NCBI GenBank assembly: GCA_963721525.1
Contig: CAVRJL010000006.1
Location: 13,127 to 77,126 of the forward strand
DNA: 64,000 nt
Origin: an uncultured Negativicutes bacterium
GTDB lineage: Bacteria > Bacillota > Negativicutes > JBAXTZ01
Reading direction: 5' to 3'
A program made the position numbers and the translations under genes. Shown piece by piece: positions 58,144-64,000 of the stretch. Position 1 is the stretch's first letter. Each line of letters starts with the position of its first letter. The notes beneath the pieces are model-generated. The model was given only the letters and a program-made list of their open reading frames with translations, had not been told where the DNA came from and made no database searches.

Positions 58144-59918
58144 TGCTCGAACTTTCAGAATTTAAAAAAAGAAGCTGTTATTGTGCACAAGTAATAGAAA
58201 AAAAACACGGTAATGAAATAGTATTATATGGATGGGTAAGTAAACGAAGAGATCATGGAGGACTAATTTTTATTGATTTAAGAGATAGAACAGGGATAGT
58301 ACAAGTAGTATTTTCTTCAGAGATATCCTTAGATGCTTTTAGAAAAGCAGAACATATTAGAAATGAATATGTTCTTTACGTAAAAGGCAAAGTGCAACTA
58401 AGAAATGAAAATAAAATTAACGAAAATATACCCACAGGGAAAGTTGAAATAATTGGGAAAAAGTTAGAAATTTTAAATACAGCAAAAACACCTCCATTTT
58501 ATATTCAAGATAATATTGAATGTGATGAACAATTACGGTTAAAATATCGTTATTTGGATTTACGTCGCCCACAAATGCAACACAATTTTCGTATTCGTCA
58601 CAAAGTTACTATAGCAATAAGAAAATTTTTAGATGAGAAAGATTTTTTTGAAATAGAAACTCCTATTCTTTGTAAAAGCACCCCAGAAGGAGCGCGTGAT
58701 TATTTAGTTCCAAGTAGAGTTCACAATGGAAAATTTTTTGCTCTTCCGCAATCACCGCAATTATTTAAACAACTATTTATGGTAGCAGGTATGGATAAGT
58801 ATTATCAAATTGCACGTTGTTTTCGAGATGAAGATTTAAGAGCTGACCGTCAACCGGAGTTTACGCAACTTGATATGGAAATGTCATTTGTAAATAGAGA
58901 ACAAGTTATGAAAATTACGGAAAATCTTATAACTTATATATTTAAAGAGATTTTACATATAGATATACCTTTGCCAATACCACGTATAAATTATACAGAA
59001 GCTATAAATGTTTATGGGACTGATAAACCAGATTTACGGTTTGAAATGCCTCTCATAAATATAAGTTATTGTATTCATGGTTCAAAATTTAAAGTATATA
59101 ATCAAATAATTGAGGCAGGCGGAGTAGTAAAATGCATAAATGTTAAAGATTATGCCAACGTTTCCAGAAAAGAACTAGACGGACTGGTAACATATGTTCA
59201 AAGCTATGGAGTTAAAGGTATGACTTGGATATGTTACATAAATTATGAGATGAAATCACCAATAAGTAAATTTTTTAATGAAAAAATTATCAAAGAAATT
59301 TTTAAAGTTGCCAAAGTAGAGCTAAATGATTTATTATTAATAATTGCCGGAGATTTAAATACTGTAAATACTGCATTAGGGGCTTTAAGAATAAAAATAG
59401 CTCGTCGAAGAAAACTTATAAAAAAAGAAGATGAGTTTAAGTTTGCTTGGATAATCAACTTTCCCTTATTTGAGTATAATGCTGAGAATAAAAAAATTAT
59501 TGCAGTTCATCATCCTTTTACTTCTCCTAATGAAGAAGATTTAAAATATATAGAAACTAATCCTTTACAAGTTCGTGCAAATGCTTATGATTTAGTGTTA
59601 AATGGCACAGAATTAGGGGGAGGAAGTATAAGAGTATTTCAAAGAGATTTACAAAGTAAAATTTTTAATATAATCGGGATTAATACTAAAGAGGCAAATG
59701 AAAAATTTGGATTTTTACTGGACGCTTTTGAATATGGAGCTCCACCTCATGGAGGAATAGCTTTAGGATTAGATAGATTAATTATGCTAATGGCAAAGTG
59801 TTTAAATATTCGAGATGTCATAGCATTTCCAAAAACTCAATCCGCACAAGACTTAATGATGAATTGCCCCTCCAAACTAAATGATAAACAATTAAAGGAA
59901 GTTAACATTAAAATTTAA
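58143..59918 (+). CDS. aspS: Aspartate--tRNA ligase
   Basis: The sequence shows FIDLRDRTGIVQVV, FRDEDLRADRQPEFTQLD and GGGSIR...PPHGGIALGLDR. It overlaps the hisS stop by 1 nt. Confidence 0.95.
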   Translation: MLELSEFKKRSCYCAQVIEKKHGNEIVLYGWVSKRRDHGGLIFIDLRDRTGIVQVVFSSEISLDAFRKAEHIRNEYVLYVKGKVQLRNENKINENIPTGKVEIIGKKLEILNTAKTPPFYIQDNIECDEQLRLKYRYLDLRRPQMQHNFRIRHKVTIAIRKFLDEKDFFEIETPILCKSTPEGARDYLVPSRVHNGKFFALPQSPQLFKQLFMVAGMDKYYQIARCFRDEDLRADRQPEFTQLDMEMSFVNREQVMKITENLITYIFKEILHIDIPLPIPRINYTEAINVYGTDKPDLRFEMPLINISYCIHGSKFKVYNQIIEAGGVVKCINVKDYANVSRKELDGLVTYVQSYGVKGMTWICYINYEMKSPISKFFNEKIIKEIFKVAKVELNDLLLIIAGDLNTVNTALGALRIKIARRRKLIKKEDEFKFAWIINFPLFEYNAENKKIIAVHHPFTSPNEEDLKYIETNPLQVRANAYDLVLNGTELGGGSIRVFQRDLQSKIFNIIGINTKEANEKFGFLLDAFEYGAPPHGGIALGLDRLIMLMAKCLNIRDVIAFPKTQSAQDLMMNCPSKLNDKQLKEVNIKI

Positions 59919-59942
59919 AATGTATACAGCAGTTTTATATTA

Positions 59943-59971
59943 TTGTATTATTTCACTATTTTTGGTATAAT
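59943..59971 (+). promoter_or_regulatory. Promoter TTGTAT-N17-TATAAT with a TGn extended -10, upstream of rpsB
   Basis: TTGTAT is at 59943-59948, the spacer is 17 nt, and TGGTATAAT ends at 59971. A 7-bp hairpin (CGCAUCA...UGAUGCG) follows in the leader. Confidence 0.5.
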
Positions 59972-60052
59972 ATCTTAGCTAAATTACACGCATCAAAGTC
60001 CACTGTGCCATATGGTAAAATGATGCGGAAGCGTAACGGAGGAGGAACTTAA

Positions 60053-60805
60053 ATGTCACTTATTTCAATGAAATCTTTGTTAGAAGCAGGTGTTCATTTT
60101 GGACATCAAACTCGTCGCTGGAATCCAAAAATGGCGTATTATATTTTTACAGAGCGTAACGGTATACATATTATTGATTTACAAAAAACAGTAAAAAAAG
60201 TAGAAACAGCTTATCATTTTATACGCGAAATTGCTACAAAAGGTGAATTTATATTATTTGTTGGAACAAAAAAACAAGCTCAAGATGCAATATTCCAAGA
60301 AGCTGTTCGTTGTGGTATGTTTTATGTTAATCAACGTTGGCTTGGAGGTATGCTTACCAATTTTCAAACAATTAAAAAACGTATTGAAAGATTACTTGAA
60401 TTAGAAAAATTGGAAAAAGAAGGCAATTTTGAAGTTTTACCAAAAAAAGAGGTTATTATTTTAGGGCATGAAATGGAAAGATTAAAAAAATATCTTAACG
60501 GAATAAAAAAAATGAAAAGTCTTCCAAGTGCGCTTTTTGTTATTGATCCCCGTAAAGAACATATAGCAATTGTTGAGGCAAGAAAGCTGGGTATTCCCAT
60601 TGTAGGTATTGTTGATACAAATTGTGATCCTGATGAGATTGACTATGTAATACCTGCTAATGATGATGCAATAAGGGCAATTAAGTTAATGTGCGGAAAA
60701 ATAGCAGATGCTATTATTGAAGGACGTCAAGGTGAATTAAAAGAAAATGAACAATGTGTTGTGGGAAATAAGCAAGTAGAAGAAGTTATTGAAGAGAATA
60801 AATAA
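60053..60805 (+). CDS. rpsB: 30S ribosomal protein S2
   Basis: The sequence shows [19 protein letters not shown] and IVDTNCDPD. Confidence 0.97.
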   Translation: MSLISMKSLLEAGVHFGHQTRRWNPKMAYYIFTERNGIHIIDLQKTVKKVETAYHFIREIATKGEFILFVGTKKQAQDAIFQEAVRCGMFYVNQRWLGGMLTNFQTIKKRIERLLELEKLEKEGNFEVLPKKEVIILGHEMERLKKYLNGIKKMKSLPSALFVIDPRKEHIAIVEARKLGIPIVGIVDTNCDPDEIDYVIPANDDAIRAIKLMCGKIADAIIEGRQGELKENEQCVVGNKQVEEVIEENK

Positions 60806-60869
60806 TTAAAGAAGAGTAATAAAAATAAGGAAAAATTTTACCTTTATTAATAATGATGGAGAATAAAAG

Positions 60870-61520
60870 ATGCAAATTAATGCTGAAATAGTAAAAAATC
60901 TTCGTGTAAAAACAGGAGCAGGAATGATGGATTGTAAAAAAGCTCTGGTTGAAACTAATGGAGATATTGAAAGAGCAATTAAAAAATTACGTGAAAAAGG
61001 ATTAGTAACGGCGGCAAAAAAAGCTGGAAGAATTGCCACCGAAGGAACAGTAGGAAGTTATATTCATGGAGGAGGTAGAATTGGAGTTCTTATTGAGGTT
61101 AATTGTGAAACAGATTTTGTTGCTAAAACAGAAAGATTTCAAGGGCTAATAAAAGATATCTCTATGCAAATAGCAGCATCTAATCCCCTGTATATAAAAA
61201 AAGAAGACGTTCCAATAAATATTATAGAACAAGAAAAAAATATATTAAAAGCGCAAGTACTTAGCGAAGGAAAGTCTAAAGATATTTTGGAACAAATAGT
61301 TTTAGGACGTATGGATAAATTTTTTAAAGAAGTATGTTTATTAGAACAGCCTTTTATAAAAAATCCTGAGAATACAATACAACAGTTAATTGTTGAAAAC
61401 ATTGCGAAATTAGGTGAAAATATTAATGTTCGACGTTTTATTCGTTATCAATTAGGAGAAGGATTAGAGAAAAAACTCGAAAATTTTGTTGATGAAGTGA
61501 TGGATATAACAAAAAACTAA
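60870..61520 (+). CDS. tsf: Elongation factor Ts (short form)
   Basis: The sequence shows [19 protein letters not shown] and [18 protein letters not shown]. Confidence 0.95.
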   Translation: MQINAEIVKNLRVKTGAGMMDCKKALVETNGDIERAIKKLREKGLVTAAKKAGRIATEGTVGSYIHGGGRIGVLIEVNCETDFVAKTERFQGLIKDISMQIAASNPLYIKKEDVPINIIEQEKNILKAQVLSEGKSKDILEQIVLGRMDKFFKEVCLLEQPFIKNPENTIQQLIVENIAKLGENINVRRFIRYQLGEGLEKKLENFVDEVMDITKN

Positions 61521-61545
61521 ATTATCTAATTATAATAGTTATTGT

Positions 61546-61575
61546 AGAACACGAATCTTGTGTTCTTTTATTTTA
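61546..61575 (+). terminator. Intrinsic terminator/attenuator between tsf and pyrH
   Basis: It reads AGAACAC-GAAUCUU-GUGUUCU followed by UUUAUUUU. Confidence 0.65.
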
Positions 61576-61590
61576 CTTAAGGAGAGCCTG

Positions 61591-62370
61591 ATGGAAGAAA
61601 AAAAATATAAACGTATTATATTGAAATTAAGTGGCGAATCTTTGGCAGGCGAAAAAGAAGTTGGAATTGATTATGATACTTTAGATTCCTTAGCCCGTGA
61701 AATTATTGAAGTGCAAAAATCAGGGATACAAATTGCGATAGTAGTCGGTGGAGGTAATTTTTGGCGTGGTATTATAGCAAGTGCTGTAGGAATGGAAAGA
61801 GCTACCGCTGATTATATTGGTATGTTGGCAACTGTAATGAATAGTTTAGCTCTTCAAGATGCTATAGAAAGTAAGGGAGTTCCTACTCGAGTAATGTCAG
61901 CAATTACAATGGAACAAATTGCCGAACCCTATATAAGAAGAAGGGCCACTCATCATTTAGATAAAGGTAGAATAGTAATTTTTTCCGCAGGTACAGGTAA
62001 TCCTTATTTTTCTACTGATACAACAGCAGCTTTACGAGCAGCTGAAATTGAAGCAGAAATAATTCTTATGGCAAAGAAAAACACGGAAGGTGTATATAAC
62101 AGTGATCCAAAATTAAACCCTCAGGCAAAAATGTTTAAAAAGCTTGAACATATTGAAATAATTAAAAACGGTTTAGAAGTTATGGATTCAACAGCAGCAA
62201 GTTTATGTATGGATAACGGCATACCTATTATAGTTTTCAATATGAATACACCAGGGAATATTTTAAGTGTTATTCAAGGAAATCGAATTGGTACTTATAT
62301 AGGAGAAGAAAATGATAATTGTTCAGGATATACTAAATATAAGTGGACAAAAGATGGAAAAATTACTTAA
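61591..62370 (+). CDS. pyrH: UMP kinase
   Basis: The sequence shows [23 protein letters not shown] and [10 protein letters not shown]. The ATG at 61591 follows AAGGAGAG. The 3' end overlaps frr by 59 nt. Confidence 0.93.
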   Translation: MEEKKYKRIILKLSGESLAGEKEVGIDYDTLDSLAREIIEVQKSGIQIAIVVGGGNFWRGIIASAVGMERATADYIGMLATVMNSLALQDAIESKGVPTRVMSAITMEQIAEPYIRRRATHHLDKGRIVIFSAGTGNPYFSTDTTAALRAAEIEAEIILMAKKNTEGVYNSDPKLNPQAKMFKKLEHIEIIKNGLEVMDSTAASLCMDNGIPIIVFNMNTPGNILSVIQGNRIGTYIGEENDNCSGYTKYKWTKDGKIT

Positions 62371-62875
62371 TTTATTTAAACAAGAGTTATCTTCTATACG
62401 TGCTGGTAGAGCAAATATTAACTTACTTGATAAAATCACTATTGATTATTACGGCGTTGAGACTTCTATAAAGCAAGTAGCAAATATTGCTGTACCTGAA
62501 GCTCACATGATAGTAATACAACCTTGGGGAAAAGATATGTTAGTTAATATTGAAAAAGCAATTCAAAAATCTGATATAGGAATTAATCCCACAAACGATG
62601 GCATTGTAATTCGTTTAGCATTTCCTCAATTAACAATGGAACGACGTAAGAAATTAGTGAAAATAGTGTATAAAACCGCAGAAAATAATAAGATTATAAT
62701 TCGTAATATACGGCGTGAGGGTAACGAACAAGTAAGAAAAATACAAAAAGATAGTATTATTTCTGAAGATAAGGCATTAAAATCTCAAGAAGAAATACAA
62801 AAATTAACTGATTTATATATAAAAAAAATTGAGATCCTAACTACTGAAAAAGAAAAGGAAATTTTAGAAATATAA
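62312..62875 (+). CDS. frr: Ribosome recycling factor
   Basis: The sequence shows [24 protein letters not shown] and [11 protein letters not shown]. Confidence 0.95.
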   Translation: MIIVQDILNISGQKMEKLLNLFKQELSSIRAGRANINLLDKITIDYYGVETSIKQVANIAVPEAHMIVIQPWGKDMLVNIEKAIQKSDIGINPTNDGIVIRLAFPQLTMERRKKLVKIVYKTAENNKIIIRNIRREGNEQVRKIQKDSIISEDKALKSQEEIQKLTDLYIKKIEILTTEKEKEILEI

Positions 62876-63090
62876 AATGGACATTTATATAGGAGAAAAT
62901 TGATCAACAGAAATCAAATACTTGCAAGATAATTAAATTCAATATAAAATAGTAGTTACTCAACCTAAAACCATTAAATTTAGACTGATAGGTAGAAAAA
63001 TTTGTAATAATAAGTTCAACCCCATTGCAAAAAATAGTGTGGTAGAGTTCTTATTATAAATAAAACTAAAAATGAAAGGTGGTATAAGTT

Positions 63091-63264
63091 TATGGCTTAT
63101 AAAATTAATACTGATTGTGTTTGTTGTGGTTCTTGTATTAGCGTTTGTCCAGTATCAGCAATATCTGAAGGAATACCTACATATAATATTTCGGATGAGT
63201 GTGTTGAATGTGGAGCTTGTGCTTCGGTTTGTCCAGTAGGAGCTATTAAAATGAATAAAATATA
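63091..63264 (+). CDS. 2x[4Fe-4S] ferredoxin (57 aa; below the ORF-track length cut-off)
   Basis: My own translation gives MAYKINTDCVCCGSCISVCPVSAISEGIPTYNISDECVECGACASVCPVGAIKMNKI, with two CxxCxxCxxxCP motifs. The SD is AAAGGTGG. Confidence 0.8.
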
Positions 63265-63271
63265 ATAAAAA

Positions 63272-63304
63272 AATAGCTTTCTGTATTAAACAGAGAGCTA
63301 TTTT
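63272..63304 (+). terminator. Intrinsic terminator after the ferredoxin gene
   Basis: It reads AUAGCUUUCUG-UAUUAAA-CAGAGAGCUAU followed by UUUU. Confidence 0.75.
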
Positions 63305-63321
63305 TCATATATGAGGTATTA

Positions 63322-63852
63322 GTGAAAAAAAAAATAATATATATAATCAAGGAATGGGTAATAAGCATAATAATAGCTGTATGCTTTGCATTGCTTATAC
63401 GTACTTTTGTGGTTGCATTATATATTGTCGATGGTTCTTCGATGAAACCAACCTTGTTAGATGGAGAACGTCTTGTAGTAAATAAATTTTTATATAGATT
63501 TAAAGAACCTCAAAAAGGAGATATTATAGTTTTCGAGTATCCGAGTGATAGAGAAAAAGATTTTGTTAAAAGAGTAATAGCCACTCCAGGAGACGATATA
63601 GAAATTATTAATGGAATAGTCTTTTTAAAAGGGCAACCTATAAAAGAAAAATATATATTTGAACCTATGATATTAGCAAAAGATTATCCTAAAATACATA
63701 TACCACCAGGATACATATTTGTTATGGGAGATAACCGAAATAATTCTGAAGATAGTCGTTTTCGTGACGTAGGTTTAGTTAGTTTTGAAAACATAAAAGG
63801 AAAAGCAATGCTCTTATTTTGGCCTTTAAATAAGTTTAAAGTTCTACCGTAA
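63322..63852 (+). CDS. lepB: Signal peptidase I
   Basis: The catalytic Ser box is GSSMKPTL. KRVIATPGD and the GDNRNNSEDSR box are present. The start is GTG. Confidence 0.9.
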   Translation: MKKKIIYIIKEWVISIIIAVCFALLIRTFVVALYIVDGSSMKPTLLDGERLVVNKFLYRFKEPQKGDIIVFEYPSDREKDFVKRVIATPGDDIEIINGIVFLKGQPIKEKYIFEPMILAKDYPKIHIPPGYIFVMGDNRNNSEDSRFRDVGLVSFENIKGKAMLLFWPLNKFKVLP

Positions 63853-64000
63853 GTGATAGTAGATACTAAAATAAATATAAATTGGTATCCTGGACATATG
63901 GCTAAAGCGTTTCGAATGATTGAAAAAAGCAGTAATTTGGTTGATGTTTTTATAGAATTGCGAGACGCTAGAATTCCCTTAAGTAGTGCAAATCCTAAAA
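63853..64000 (+). CDS. rbgA: Ribosome biogenesis GTPase A (YlqF/RbgA), 5' part only; runs off the right edge
   Basis: My own translation from the GTG at 63853 gives [49 protein letters not shown], which contains the WYPGHMAKA...DARIP signature. Confidence 0.8.
   Translation, partial: MIVDTKININWYPGHMAKAFRMIEKSSNLVDVFIELRDARIPLSSANPK

Noticed and set aside
59972-60052. The hairpin CGCAUCA...UGAUGCG in the rpsB leader could be an S2-binding autoregulatory element.
   Set aside because: The location is plausible, but I know of no conserved Firmicutes consensus to compare it with, and a single 7-bp stem is weak evidence. It is mentioned only in the promoter feature.

Overview
This is a strongly AT-rich chromosomal window with Firmicutes-type gene order: DUF512-der, addB-addA, rpoZ..metK-priA, recJ-apt-relA...hisS-aspS, rpsB-tsf-pyrH-frr and lepB-rbgA. 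It also encodes an Omp85/BamA outer-membrane insertase, so the source is probably a diderm Firmicute (Negativicutes-like); that is inference. I support about 50 protein genes. Most are housekeeping. The rest are a reductive pyrimidine/hydantoin catabolic cluster (dihydropyrimidinase, carbamoyl-amidohydrolase, PreA-like dehydrogenase, NCS1 permease and an unexplained ATP-grasp ligase) and a butyrate/lysine-fermentation tail (bcd-etfBA, pduL, kal-like hotdog protein). RNA elements I can read directly are RNase P RNA, a c-di-AMP (ydaO-type) riboswitch in front of a repeat-bearing NlpC/P60 hydrolase, and an A/U-shifted SAM-I riboswitch in front of metK. There is also an unclassified structured leader (promoter, 8-bp closing helix, GC-rich core, intrinsic terminator) in front of an MFS transporter. 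I found no CRISPR array, transposase, integrase, phage module or recognisable defence system. The unusual content falls into five groups. (1) A free-standing 96-aa protein ends in an NrdD-type glycyl-radical motif. (2) A 391-bp inverted near-identical copy of an internal etfA segment lies 11.7 kb from the intact gene, alongside broken gmk-rpoZ synteny. (3) Gene decay is dense: frameshifted tmcAL, a nonsense TAG in the NCS1 permease, a multiply disrupted coiled-coil gene after coaD, a shortened EamA gene, an orphan tRNA 3' end and a possible dtd relic. (4) priA appears to start on ATT. (5) Exact tandem duplications occur both in a coding region (225 bp x 2.3) and over a gene start (66 bp x 2). 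All calls rest on reading the sequence and the supplied ORF translations. No database search was run.
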